From an uncultured Verrucomicrobiae bacterium (GTDB taxonomy: Bacteria > Verrucomicrobiota > Verrucomicrobiia > Chthoniobacterales > UBA10450), in NCBI GenBank assembly GCA_963834385.1, contig CAWIBO010000003.1, positions 128,001-192,000 on the forward strand: DNA of 64,000 nucleotides, in the 5' to 3' direction. A program made the position numbers and the translations under genes. Shown in pieces: positions 10,571-21,011 of this stretch (position 1 is its first letter; every line of letters starts with the position of its first letter). A model generated the notes under the pieces. It was not told where the DNA came from. It ran no database searches and saw only the letters and a program-made list of their open reading frames with translations.

Positions 10571-11842
10571 GTGACGAACGAGCTTCTTTACGCGGTCCTG
10601 GCCGGCGCGGGGGCGGGGCTTGGCGTCGTCCTGCTCGGTTTCATTTTCATCCGGCAGAGCCGGAAGGAACTGGTGCAGCGCCTGGAAAGCCTGCGGGAAT
10701 CGCAGGAGCGGGATGAGCGCGTTTTTCGCGAGGAGTTTGCGCGCAATCGGGAGGAGGCGGCCACCTCCGCGCGGTCGCAGCGGGAGGAACTGACGGCGGC
10801 GCTGCAGGTGTTTGGCGAAACCTTTTCCACCCAGACAGGCAAGTTGATCGACTCGAACGCACAACGCCTGGAGCTGCTGCGGGACAAGGTGGACACGCGC
10901 CTGAAGGAATTGCAGCAGGACAACGCGCAGCAGATCGACAAGATGCGGGCGACGGTGGACGAAAAACTTCAGGGCACGCTGGAGCGACGCCTGGGGGAAT
11001 CGTTCAAGCTGGTGAGCGAAAGGCTGGAGCAGGTGCACCATGGCCTGGGCGCGATGCAGCAACTGGCCAGCGACGTTGGCGGGCTGCAGCGGGTGTTGAC
11101 CAATGTGAAATCCCGCGGCGGCTGGGGCGAAGTGCAACTGGGGACACTCCTGGAACAGGTCCTGACCGCCGAACAGTTCGCGCGCAACGTCAAAACGCGT
11201 GAGGGCAGCGGCGAGATGGTCGATTTCGCGGTCCGGCTGCCCGGCGACGAGAACGGGGCGCCGGTCTGGCTGCCGATCGACGCAAAATTTCCGACCGAAG
11301 ATTACCAGCGCCTGATCGCGGCCCAGGAATCGGCCGACCTGGCCGCGACCGAGGAGGCGATGAAAAATCTCGAGCTGGCGCTGCGCAAAAGCGCGCGGGA
11401 TATCTGCTCGAAATACATCAACCCGCCGCGGACGACCGATTTCGCGATCATGTTTCTTCCCACGGAAGGTCTGTACGCGGAGGCGATCCGCCGCGTGGGT
11501 TTGGTTGAGCAGGTCCAGCGCGATTGCCGGGTCATCTTTGCCGGACCGACGACGCTGGCAGCCCTGCTGAACAGTTTGCAGATGGGGTTCCGGACGCTGG
11601 CGATCCAGAAACGGTCGAGCGAAGTCTGGAGCCTGCTCTCCTCCGTGAAGACGGAGTTCGGCAAGTTCGGCGGCGTGCTCGATGGCGTGAAAAAGAAGCT
11701 GCAGGAAGCGTCGAACAAGATCGACGAAGTCGACCAGCGTTCGCGCGTCTTAAGGAAAAAGCTGAGCAACGTCGAAGAGTCGCCAAGCCATCCCGAGCCG
11801 CTCCTGCCGGAGCTCCTCCCGCCTGAGGAAGAGGAGGAATAA
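10571..11842 (+). CDS. rmuC: DNA recombination protein RmuC
   Basis: N-terminal TM plus coiled coil; RGGWGEVQL, LPIDAKFP, KYINPPRTTDFAIMFLPTEGLYAE motifs. Confidence 0.93.
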   Translation: MTNELLYAVLAGAGAGLGVVLLGFIFIRQSRKELVQRLESLRESQERDERVFREEFARNREEAATSARSQREELTAALQVFGETFSTQTGKLIDSNAQRLELLRDKVDTRLKELQQDNAQQIDKMRATVDEKLQGTLERRLGESFKLVSERLEQVHHGLGAMQQLASDVGGLQRVLTNVKSRGGWGEVQLGTLLEQVLTAEQFARNVKTREGSGEMVDFAVRLPGDENGAPVWLPIDAKFPTEDYQRLIAAQESADLAATEEAMKNLELALRKSARDICSKYINPPRTTDFAIMFLPTEGLYAEAIRRVGLVEQVQRDCRVIFAGPTTLAALLNSLQMGFRTLAIQKRSSEVWSLLSSVKTEFGKFGGVLDGVKKKLQEASNKIDEVDQRSRVLRKKLSNVEESPSHPEPLLPELLPPEEEEE

Positions 11843-11858
11843 GGCGGGCTGGGAGGGC

Positions 11859-11889
11859 GTGAATCGTGAATGGTGAATCGTGAATGGTG
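11859..11889. repeat. Heptamer tandem repeat (GTGAATS)x4
   Basis: GTGAATC GTGAATG GTGAATC GTGAATG GTG read directly. Confidence 0.85.
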
Positions 11890-11905
11890 TGCGGGTCGGC
11901 TTCTT

Positions 11906-12074
11906 CGGTAGGGCGACGCTCTGCGGAGCCTGGGAGCACGCGCCGCCAGCTGTGAAACGAGGGCTAACTCCCGGCTCTTCGTCTTCCTCTGCTCTTTCTC
12001 GGTGCCCTCTGCGGTCTCTGTGGTAAGTCTCCTGGTTCGCCTGCTCCCAGGCTCGACGGAGTCTCGCCCCACCG
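11906..12074. repeat. REP/REPIN-like inverted doublet
   Basis: 33-nt arms 11906-11938 and 12042-12074 are reverse complements at 27/33 positions and carry GTAG/GTGG near their outer ends. Confidence 0.65.
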
Positions 12075-12103
12075 GGTGGTCTGGACGCGGGCGAAAATGT
12101 CCT

Positions 12104-13873
12104 CTACAGGACTTCAGGCCACTTGGCCTCGTCCTTGAGCATGATCTCGCGGAGAAGACGGATGGGGGGCATCCCCTGGTCGAGCATGGTGTCGTGAAAC
12201 TTCTGGAGGGAGAACTTGTCGCCCTCCTGCGCCTTGTAATCGTCGCGCAGCTTGAGGATCTGCAGTTTGCCGAGGGTGTAATTGAGGTAACCGGGATCAT
12301 AGGTGCCGCGCATGGCCTCAGCCCGGGCCGGTTTTTCCTCATAATAACTGTTCTCCATGAAGAAACGCGTGGCCTCGTCCACGGTCATGTTCTCCGTGTG
12401 CATCTTCACGGAAACGCAGAGCCGGCAGAGCCGGAGGAGCGCTTCCATGGCCTGGGCCATGCGGTATTTGGCCGCGCGCGCCTCATCCTGCCCGGGCGCG
12501 CCGTCCGCGGCGGGGCTGCGGCCGAAGCCTTCGTCGAGCATCATCTTCTCGGTGTAATGGGCCCAGCCCTCGATGAAGGCGTAGCTGCCGAAGATTTTCT
12601 CGAGCCGGTTGGCGGAGGAAGCGTTGAGGCGAAGGAACTGGGTGTAATGGCCGGGGTAGGCCTCGTGGATGGAGACCACGTCGGTGGTGTAATAGTTGAA
12701 CTGGCTCAGCCACTCTTCCTGCTGGTTCTCCGGCCAGTCCGGCTCCACCGGGGTCACATAATAGTAAGCCTCCTTGGCCTTGCGCTCGAAAGGCCCGGGC
12801 GTGTCCATCGAGGCCGTGCTCGTGGCGCGCTGATACTGCGGGGTTTCTTTCACCTTCACCCGGACCTCGGAGGGAATGGTGACCAGCTTGTTTTCCACGA
12901 CGAACTTGCGGATGGCCTCGAGATTGTTCGCCGTGTCCGGGATCAGCCCGGCGGCGGTCGGGTGTTCCTTCTGAATCAGCCTGGCCACATCCTGCGGGGG
13001 GAGGGTGGGATCAATTTTGCGAGCCGCCTCCGCAAAGGCGTCCTGTTCCTTTTTTAATTCGCGCAGGCCGATCTCGAGCACGCGGGCCGGCGGCAGGTCG
13101 ACGAACTCGGTTTCCGCGAGGAGCCGGCGATATTTTTCCTCGCCCAGGGCGTAGGAGGCGGTGGCCTTGGGCAGCTTTTGTTTTTCCAGCCAGGCGGCGT
13201 AATCGGTCAGGGCCATGGCGGCTTTGCGGTTGGTCTCGGCGAAGAGGGTGCGCAGCTTGTCGTCCTTGATCTCGGCCACGGCGGAAACGAGGTCTTTGCG
13301 CAGGAAATCGGCGGAACCGCGCGCGATCTGGATGGCCAGCTCGACGTGGGGCCGGGGAAGTTCCTGGGCGAGGTTGGTGCGCGCGGCAATCATGACGTTG
13401 GGCGCCTGCGCCAGGATGGAAACGATGTTGCGGACGCGGTCCTCCAGCGGACCGAAATTGCGCGCGATGTAGATGTTGACGTCAATGGCGCCGGCGTAGG
13501 TCATCGGGTTCATCTCGTAAACCCGCATGTCCTCGATGCGGAAAAGTTCGCGGCTGATGGCGGACTGGAGGATGCGCAGGTCGATGCCGTTGCGAGGGGT
13601 GAGTTTGCCCAGCTCGAATTTTTGCAGGCGGTCATCAAAACGCCCGAGCCGGTGCAGTTCGGCCTCGACCCCGAGGGCGGTGTAATCCGCAATCTTGCCG
13701 TCATACTCATGATAGCCGAGGGCCACGGCCTCGAGCGGGCGCGCCTTCAGGTAACCGCTGATGAATTCCTCCGCGACCCGGGCGAAATCGGCGTCGTCGT
13801 TCTGGGCCAGCGCCGGCGTGAGAGTCATGAGGAGAAAGCCAAGGAAGAACGGAAGGAGGCGCAAGGGAATCAT
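12104..13873 (-). CDS. DUF885 family secreted protein (putative metallopeptidase)
   Basis: Signal peptide MIPLRLL..ALA; HEAYPGHY, FIEGWAHYTE and YTLGKLQILKLR motifs. Confidence 0.9.
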   Translation of the reverse strand: MIPLRLLPFFLGFLLMTLTPALAQNDDADFARVAEEFISGYLKARPLEAVALGYHEYDGKIADYTALGVEAELHRLGRFDDRLQKFELGKLTPRNGIDLRILQSAISRELFRIEDMRVYEMNPMTYAGAIDVNIYIARNFGPLEDRVRNIVSILAQAPNVMIAARTNLAQELPRPHVELAIQIARGSADFLRKDLVSAVAEIKDDKLRTLFAETNRKAAMALTDYAAWLEKQKLPKATASYALGEEKYRRLLAETEFVDLPPARVLEIGLRELKKEQDAFAEAARKIDPTLPPQDVARLIQKEHPTAAGLIPDTANNLEAIRKFVVENKLVTIPSEVRVKVKETPQYQRATSTASMDTPGPFERKAKEAYYYVTPVEPDWPENQQEEWLSQFNYYTTDVVSIHEAYPGHYTQFLRLNASSANRLEKIFGSYAFIEGWAHYTEKMMLDEGFGRSPAADGAPGQDEARAAKYRMAQAMEALLRLCRLCVSVKMHTENMTVDEATRFFMENSYYEEKPARAEAMRGTYDPGYLNYTLGKLQILKLRDDYKAQEGDKFSLQKFHDTMLDQGMPPIRLLREIMLKDEAKWPEVL

Positions 13874-13954
13874 GGGTGGTTGGGGGCAAACGTTAGCGGG
13901 CTGTTTGGCCGTTGCCAAAGATTTCCGGCTACGCGAGAATGCTGGACGCTGCGC

Positions 13955-15283
13955 ATGAAGAAACTCGTTTTCCTCGCGATCATCGGCGCGGGGCTGACGC
14001 TCGGCTTCGCAGCCGAGCCGGATGCTTTTGGCCAGGTGCGCGAGCTGCCGGTCGGGGAAGCTTCCCCGGCACCGGTCGATGAGGAGACGGGTTACGCGCA
14101 GATCGCGGTCTTTGCGCGGGCCCTGCAAATCCTGCGCCAGGATTATGTCGACGAGGGCAAGACAGGTTACCGCGACCTCGTGACGGCGGCCCTGAAAGGA
14201 ATGCTTTCCTCCCTCGATTCGCACAGCGCCTACATGGAGCCGGACGATTTCCAGGACATGCAGGACGACACCCGGAGCCGGTTCAACGGGCTGGGGGTGG
14301 AGGTTTCCATGAAGAACAACGTCCTCACGGTGATTGCGCCCATGGAGGGAACGCCGGCGGCCAAGGCGGGCATTCTTGCGGGCGACCAGATCCTCAAGAT
14401 TAACGGGCGTTCCACCGAGAAGATGCAGATGCAGGACGCGGTCACGGCCCTGCGCGGCGAGGCCGGGCAGAAGGCAACTCTGACCATCCTGCGGCCTTCG
14501 ACCAAGGAACTGAAGGACTACGTCCTGGAACGCGTGGAGATCAAGGTGGCCAGCATCAAGGGCGCGCGGCTGCTCGATCAAGAGCTGACCGGTCCTTACA
14601 AGATCGGTTATGTGCGGCTGGTGCAGTTCAACGAGCCGACGGCGGAGGACCTGAGCCGGGCGTTGGACGAGCTGGAGAAGCAGGGCATGCAGGCTTTTGT
14701 TCTCGATCTCCGCAACAATCCCGGCGGTCTTCTGACCAGCGCGGTGGATGTCTGCGCGCAGTTTCTGCCTCCGCAGACCAAGGTGGTTTCCACGCAGGGG
14801 CGGGTCGCCTCGCAGCAGAACGAGTATGCCACTCCGCGGTCCGCGAAGGCACGCGCCCGGTTTCCCATGGCGGTCCTGGTCAACCAAGGCAGCGCCAGCG
14901 CGGCGGAGATTGTCTCCGGGGCCCTTAAAGACCTGAAACGGGCCATCGTCGTGGGCGAAACCACCTTCGGCAAAGGCTCGGTCCAGAACGTCATGCAGCT
15001 CCCGGACGGTTCGGCTCTTCGCTTCACCACCGCGAAATACTACACCCCGGGCGAGCAGGTCATTCAGGGACATGGCGTCGCCCCGAATATCAGTGTGCCG
15101 ATGAATGCGGAACAGGAACGGGCGCTCATGACGGCCCGGAACGCCGACCACCTCAAGCCGGAGCAGGAAACGGAGATCATCAAAAACAAGGATCCGCAGC
15201 TGATGCGCGCGATCGATTCGCTCCGCGGGGTCATGGTTTACGCGGGCCAGCCGGCGCCGAAAGTGGATCCGACCCGGCGCTGA
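13955..15283 (+). CDS. ctpA: S41 C-terminal processing peptidase with PDZ domain
   Basis: LDLRNNPGGLL, GSASAAEIVSGAL and TFGKGSVQ motifs. Confidence 0.93.
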   Translation: MKKLVFLAIIGAGLTLGFAAEPDAFGQVRELPVGEASPAPVDEETGYAQIAVFARALQILRQDYVDEGKTGYRDLVTAALKGMLSSLDSHSAYMEPDDFQDMQDDTRSRFNGLGVEVSMKNNVLTVIAPMEGTPAAKAGILAGDQILKINGRSTEKMQMQDAVTALRGEAGQKATLTILRPSTKELKDYVLERVEIKVASIKGARLLDQELTGPYKIGYVRLVQFNEPTAEDLSRALDELEKQGMQAFVLDLRNNPGGLLTSAVDVCAQFLPPQTKVVSTQGRVASQQNEYATPRSAKARARFPMAVLVNQGSASAAEIVSGALKDLKRAIVVGETTFGKGSVQNVMQLPDGSALRFTTAKYYTPGEQVIQGHGVAPNISVPMNAEQERALMTARNADHLKPEQETEIIKNKDPQLMRAIDSLRGVMVYAGQPAPKVDPTRR

Positions 15284-15332
15284 AACGGCTGCGGCGTGGC
15301 CCGGCACCCGGCGCCGTTTACGCACCGATATC

Positions 15333-16349
15333 TTGAAGACCATCCTCGCGCTCGAAACGTCCTGTGACGAAACCGCCGTGGCCGTGCTCCGCGGGAGAGA
15401 CCTGCTGGCCTCGGAAGTTTCCTCACAGGTCGACCTGCACGAACCGTATGGCGGCGTGGTTCCCGAGGTGGCTTCGCGCAATCATCTTCGGCAGGCGCCG
15501 CGGCTCCTGCAGCGCGCCCTCGAGCGCGCGGGGACGGACCCGGCCGGGATCGATGCCTTCGCAGCCACCAGCGGCCCCGGCCTGGCCAGTTCGCTTATGA
15601 TCGGCGCCTCGATCGCAAAGGGCCTGGCCCTGGCGACGGCGCGGCCGTATCTCGCGATCAATCACCTCGAGGGACATTTGCTCTCGCCCTTTTTCGGCGA
15701 GGAAAACATCGAGCGACATGTCGGCCTCGTGGTCAGCGGCGGACACACCCTGCTGGTGGAAGTCCGGGGGGTGAACGATTACCGCCTGCTAGGGCGAACG
15801 CAGGATGACGCGGCCGGCGAGGCCTTCGACAAGGTCGCCAAGATGCTGGGCCTGGGTTACCCGGGCGGACCGGCCATTGAAGCCACCGCGCGCGGGGGCG
15901 ACCCGGCCCGATATGCGCTGCCCCGGAGCATGGCGGGCTCGGGCGACCACGACTTCAGCTTCAGCGGGTTAAAAACGGCGGTGCGTTATCTTCTGCCCGG
16001 GGCGTTGGGCACGGCCGAGGGAACAGATCGCGACCGAATCGTGCGCGACATCTGCGCCTCGTTCCAGGCGGCGGTGGTCTCGGTCCTGACGCGCAAAGCC
16101 GTGCGCGCCGCGCAGGCCGCAGGCGTGGCGCAAGTGGCGGTCAGCGGGGGCGTCAGTGGCAACGGCGAGCTCCGCCGTCAGCTCAAGCAGGCGTGTGACC
16201 AGGCCGGGCTTCGCCTGCGAACCGCCGAACCCGGTTTGTGCACGGACAACGCGGCCATGATCGCTTTCGCAGCCTCGCTGCGGCTCGCGCACGGGCTCGT
16301 TTCGGAAGTGACGGAGGAAATCGATCCCAACCTTCGCGTGGCCGCCTGA
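15333..16349 (+). CDS. tsaD: tRNA N6-threonylcarbamoyltransferase
   Basis: LETSCDET, NHLEGH, VSGGHT, DDAAGEAFDK and TDNAAMI motifs. Confidence 0.96.
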   Translation: MKTILALETSCDETAVAVLRGRDLLASEVSSQVDLHEPYGGVVPEVASRNHLRQAPRLLQRALERAGTDPAGIDAFAATSGPGLASSLMIGASIAKGLALATARPYLAINHLEGHLLSPFFGEENIERHVGLVVSGGHTLLVEVRGVNDYRLLGRTQDDAAGEAFDKVAKMLGLGYPGGPAIEATARGGDPARYALPRSMAGSGDHDFSFSGLKTAVRYLLPGALGTAEGTDRDRIVRDICASFQAAVVSVLTRKAVRAAQAAGVAQVAVSGGVSGNGELRRQLKQACDQAGLRLRTAEPGLCTDNAAMIAFAASLRLAHGLVSEVTEEIDPNLRVAA

Positions 16350-16361
16350 TGCCGCGGCACC

Positions 16362-17243
16362 CTAGTATTCGCGGTCGAGGAGATAATCGGCCAGTTCACG
16401 CAAACGAACCGCCCGGGTCCCCAGCGCAGCAAGTGACTTGTGCGCCGATCGGGTCAGCCGCTGTGCCTCGCGCCGCGAAGCCTCCAGGCCGATGACGGCG
16501 GGATAAGTCGCCTTTTGCGCGGTCAGATCCTTGCCCGCGCTTTTCCCCAGCTTTTCCGAGGTCTGGGTCACGTCCAGGACGTCGTCGATGACCTGAAAGG
16601 CGAGGCCGAGTGCGCGCCCGAAGCCGGTGATGGCCCGGAGCTGCGCGGCGGTGGCGTTGGCACTCATGGCCCCGAGGCGAACGGAGGCGCTGAGAAGCGC
16701 GGCGGTTTTGTTCTCGTGAATGTAGCGGAGCTGGCGCCGGTCGATTTTTTTCCCTTCCGCCTCGAGGTCGGCCACCTGGCCGGCAATCAGGCGCCGGCTT
16801 CCGGCGGCCACGGCCAGTTCGCGAAGGATGAGGGCCAGCGGATAACGGCGGGGTGGTTTCACGCGGGCGACGATCTCAAAGGCCACCGTGAGGAGGGCGT
16901 CGCCGGCGAGAATGGCGATGCCCTCGCCGAAGACCTTGTGGCAGGTGGGGCGTCCCCGGCGGAAATCGTCGTTGTCCATGCTCGGCAGGTCGTCGTGCAC
17001 CAACGAATAGGTGTGGATGCATTCGACTGCGCCGGCCAGGGGGAGGGCGGCGGTGATCTTCCCGCCGCAGGCCTCCGCGGCCGCGAGGCAAAGGATGGGG
17101 CGGAGACGCTTGCCGCCGGCGAAAAGGCTGTAGCGCATGGCCCGATGGATGGTGGCCGGCTTTTCCGTCTCGCGCGGGAGGAAACCTTGCAGGGCGCGGT
17201 CGACCCGGGTCTGGCGCTCCCGGAGGTAAGCCTTGAGTTCCAT
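16362..17243 (-). CDS. ispA: Farnesyl/geranylgeranyl diphosphate synthase
   Basis: GGKRLRP, HDDLPSMDNDDFRRG, FQVIDDVLD and GKSAGKD motifs. Confidence 0.92.
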   Translation of the reverse strand: MELKAYLRERQTRVDRALQGFLPRETEKPATIHRAMRYSLFAGGKRLRPILCLAAAEACGGKITAALPLAGAVECIHTYSLVHDDLPSMDNDDFRRGRPTCHKVFGEGIAILAGDALLTVAFEIVARVKPPRRYPLALILRELAVAAGSRRLIAGQVADLEAEGKKIDRRQLRYIHENKTAALLSASVRLGAMSANATAAQLRAITGFGRALGLAFQVIDDVLDVTQTSEKLGKSAGKDLTAQKATYPAVIGLEASRREAQRLTRSAHKSLAALGTRAVRLRELADYLLDREY

Positions 17244-17304
17244 GGCGGGGCGAATGTGGGAATTCCGGGGCCGGGAGGCAACCGCAAAAATTCCCGGACG
17301 CCTG

Positions 17305-17322
17305 TTGTTATCTATGTAACAA
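17305..17322. promoter_or_regulatory. Palindromic operator candidate
   Basis: TTGTTA-TCTATG-TAACAA perfect inverted repeat in an AT-rich patch, ending 6 nt before ATG 17329. Confidence 0.5.
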
Positions 17323-17328
17323 TACAGC

Positions 17329-17598
17329 ATGACAACAAAGAAAGAGAGCCTGCGCCCCCGGGTCCGGCGCGTCCAGGTCGGCGCGCGCATGGAGAAAAAT
17401 CTCGTCAAGGTCCTCAAGGGCCTGGCCGAATACCTCGATCTCACCCTGGGCGATCTCCTCGAGGGCATCACCCTGCACGCCCTCGAGGGAAAGGCGCCCT
17501 TCAGCCCCGCCACCCTCGCCCAGGTGAAAAAGTTGCGGAGCGTCTACGGCCTCACCCTGCACGCCGCCGACAGTCATCGCCTCGAGGAGGAGCCGTGA
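17329..17598 (+). CDS. Small conserved hypothetical protein, ribbon-helix-helix-like N-terminus
   Basis: RVQVGARMEKNLVKVLKGLAEYLDLTLGDLLE beta-alpha-alpha pattern; good codon bias. Confidence 0.7.
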   Translation: MTTKKESLRPRVRRVQVGARMEKNLVKVLKGLAEYLDLTLGDLLEGITLHALEGKAPFSPATLAQVKKLRSVYGLTLHAADSHRLEEEP

Positions 17599-17999
17599 AG
17601 CGCCCCCGGGAGGCCGCCGACGAGGTCACGGCCGCTTTCCTGCGCGGCCAGGCCACGGCGGACCGATTTGATCATGTGGCCCATCTCCGGGCCGCCTTTT
17701 TCCTGCTCCAGATCCGTCCCTTCCCCGAGGCGCTGGCGCTCTTTTCACGCAATCTCCGGCGGCTGGCGCGCAGGGCGGGTCGTCCCGGGCTCTATCACGA
17801 GACGATGACCGTGGCGTTTTTCTCTCTCCTGGCAGAGCGCGTGGCGCGGCAGGAGCCCCGGGACTTCGCGACTTTCCTGGCGGCCAATCCCGATCTCACC
17901 GGCCGGCGTTGCCTCGAGAGATGGTATGATGCCGGGACCCTGGCTTCGCCGGAAGCGCGACGCACTTTTCTCCTCCCGCGGCCGGCCGCGCACGTTTGA
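17595..17999 (+). CDS. Hypothetical protein with FDHxxH and YHET motifs
   Basis: GTGA overlap with upstream stop; FDHVAHLR, YHETMT and SPEARRTFLLP. Confidence 0.7.
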   Translation: MKRPREAADEVTAAFLRGQATADRFDHVAHLRAAFFLLQIRPFPEALALFSRNLRRLARRAGRPGLYHETMTVAFFSLLAERVARQEPRDFATFLAANPDLTGRRCLERWYDAGTLASPEARRTFLLPRPAAHV

Positions 18000-18091
18000 T
18001 TTCGGTGCGGGCCGGGCCCGGGCGCGAATTTCTTTTCGCTCGCATACCGCCGTTTTATGGCGCAGAAACGTCATGAAAGCGGGAGATGCAC

Positions 18092-19045
18092 ATGATGAGA
18101 ATCTTTTCACAAATGATGGCGGGCGCGGCGACACTGCTGCTCCTGGTGGCGCCGGTGGAAACAGCCAACGCCCAGAAGAAGAAGAGCGGTGACCCGGGCG
18201 GGCACCTGGCCAAGGCCGAGGAGCTGGCCAAGGGCGGGCAATTCGACCAGGCGATTGCCGAGATGACGCAGGCGATCGAGAAGCGGCCGACCGCGACCAA
18301 TTACAATAACAGGGGCAACATTTACCGCGCGGCCGCCACGACGCAGAACGACCCGGCAAAGTTCCAGCTGGCCGTCGCCGATTACACCAAGGCGATCGAG
18401 AAAGCGCCGGGAGAGATGCAGGGCTATTTCGAGCGGGGCCAGACTCTGACCATGCAAAAGGATTACGCCGGGGCGCTGCCCGACCTGGACAAGGCGGTGG
18501 AACTCGGGCCGAAGGCGGCGGCGCCTCACAAAGTCCGCGGAATGACCTATCTCAACCTGCAGGATTACCAGAAGGCGGAGCCGGACCTGAACAAGGCCAT
18601 TGAGCTGAAAGCGGACGACCCGGTGAGCTACGAACGGCGGGCGTTGATCCACCGGAACAATCGCAATTGGGACGCGGCCCTGGCCGATTACAACAAGAGC
18701 ATCGAGCTGGCGCCGGAGAATGCGGAAACCCTGGTGAGACGGGGCTACACCTACAGCCTGATGGGCCGCTATCAGGAGGCGGTCAACGATTACAAGGCCG
18801 CTTTGGCGATTCGCCCCGGCGATTTCGAGACCGAAGAACGCCTGCGTTATGCGCAGGGCATGATGGCCCCGCGCACGCAGGCGCCGGCCCAGCAGCAACC
18901 ACAGCAGGCGGCGGCGCAGGCCACCCCGGAAGTGGAGAAGAAGGGGGGCTTCCCGGTGGGATTGGTGGTCGGGGTGGCCGTGGCTTTGGTGGCGGGGTTC
19001 CTGGTCTTCATGCGCGTGAAAACGCAGCGGGCCAGCGTCGACTAG
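18092..19045 (+). CDS. Secreted tetratricopeptide-repeat protein with C-terminal membrane anchor
   Basis: Signal peptide; repeated YxxRG..A..DY.KAIE TPR units; Gln/Ala linker; terminal TM. Confidence 0.85.
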   Translation: MMRIFSQMMAGAATLLLLVAPVETANAQKKKSGDPGGHLAKAEELAKGGQFDQAIAEMTQAIEKRPTATNYNNRGNIYRAAATTQNDPAKFQLAVADYTKAIEKAPGEMQGYFERGQTLTMQKDYAGALPDLDKAVELGPKAAAPHKVRGMTYLNLQDYQKAEPDLNKAIELKADDPVSYERRALIHRNNRNWDAALADYNKSIELAPENAETLVRRGYTYSLMGRYQEAVNDYKAALAIRPGDFETEERLRYAQGMMAPRTQAPAQQQPQQAAAQATPEVEKKGGFPVGLVVGVAVALVAGFLVFMRVKTQRASVD

Positions 19046-19153
19046 GAGAGGCTGAAGAGCGCGGTTCGGAAGAGCCGGGCCGGGGCTGGCGGTGCCGGTT
19101 TTTGCCGGGGGAAGAAGCGCGAGGCGGCCTGGGCCGAAACGGAAGAAATTTCT

Positions 19154-19181
19154 TTGACACCCGAAACGCGGCTGCTAGCTT
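19154..19181 (+). promoter_or_regulatory. sigma70-type promoter for tRNA-Thr-tuf operon
   Basis: TTGACA-16nt-TAGCTT with TG extension and AT-rich upstream tract. Confidence 0.6.
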
Positions 19182-19317
19182 GCCGACGCTTTTTGCGAGA
19201 GGGGAAAGTCCCAAGGTCGTTCAAATTGCAGAATTTGCGGCGGCTCTGGGATTTTTGATTCTCTGGCGACAAGCAACCGGTTGTTCCGCCCCAAGCGGGA
19301 TGAGCAGAAAATGAGCG

Positions 19318-19393
<76 letters not shown>

Positions 19394-19464
19394 GAGCGGG
19401 TCCGGAAACCGGGAGCAAACCCACACGAAGACGCAGTTTAGTTTAAACCGAAAGAAAAACCGAA

Positions 19465-20649
<1,185 letters not shown>

Positions 20650-20674
20650 ATTGTCCTCAGCAGTCGCAACTTAG

Positions 20675-20747
20675 ACGCCAGTAGCTCAATTGGTAGAGTA
20701 GCGGTCTCCAAAACCGTCGGTTGGGGGTTCGAGTCCCTCCTGGCGTG
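20675..20747 (+). tRNA. tRNA-Trp(CCA)
   Basis: ACGCCAG/CTGGCGT acceptor stem, anticodon loop CTCCAAA, GTTCGAG T-loop; CCA not encoded. Confidence 0.93.
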
Positions 20748-20791
20748 ATTTTGCGAGGCTGCTGAAAAAGAGCGAAACCGTTGCCTGAACC

Positions 20792-21007
20792 ATGATCACC
20801 CGGACCAAAAACTTCTTCAACGAAGTCAAAGTGGAGCTGCAAAAAGCCTCGTGGCCGTGGGATCCGAAGGAGAAGGGCACCAAGCGCTACAAGGAGCTGA
20901 CCGATTCGACCATCGTGGTCATCATCGCGATGCTTCTGCTGGGCGGCTACGTTTCGCTCTTCGATTTCGTCATCGTGAACTTCGTCCACTTCTTTACCCG
21001 CCTCTAA
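20792..21007 (+). CDS. secE: Preprotein translocase SecE
   Basis: FFNEVKVELQKASWP plus single TM; position between tRNA-Trp and nusG. Confidence 0.93.
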   Translation: MITRTKNFFNEVKVELQKASWPWDPKEKGTKRYKELTDSTIVVIIAMLLLGGYVSLFDFVIVNFVHFFTRL

Positions 21008-21011
21008 TTCG

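Noticed and set aside
11859..12074. CRISPR array
   Set aside because: Repeats are 7-mers without spacers or a single inverted pair; no cas genes
12104..15481. Apparent 1125-aa giant DUF885 fusion
   Set aside because: The N-terminal half is the antisense of ctpA; the real gene starts at 13873 with a signal peptide
16440..17999. 519-aa plus-strand ORF
   Set aside because: Mostly antisense to ispA and overlapping the 17329 gene in another frame; only the last 134 codons (from GTG 17595) look coding
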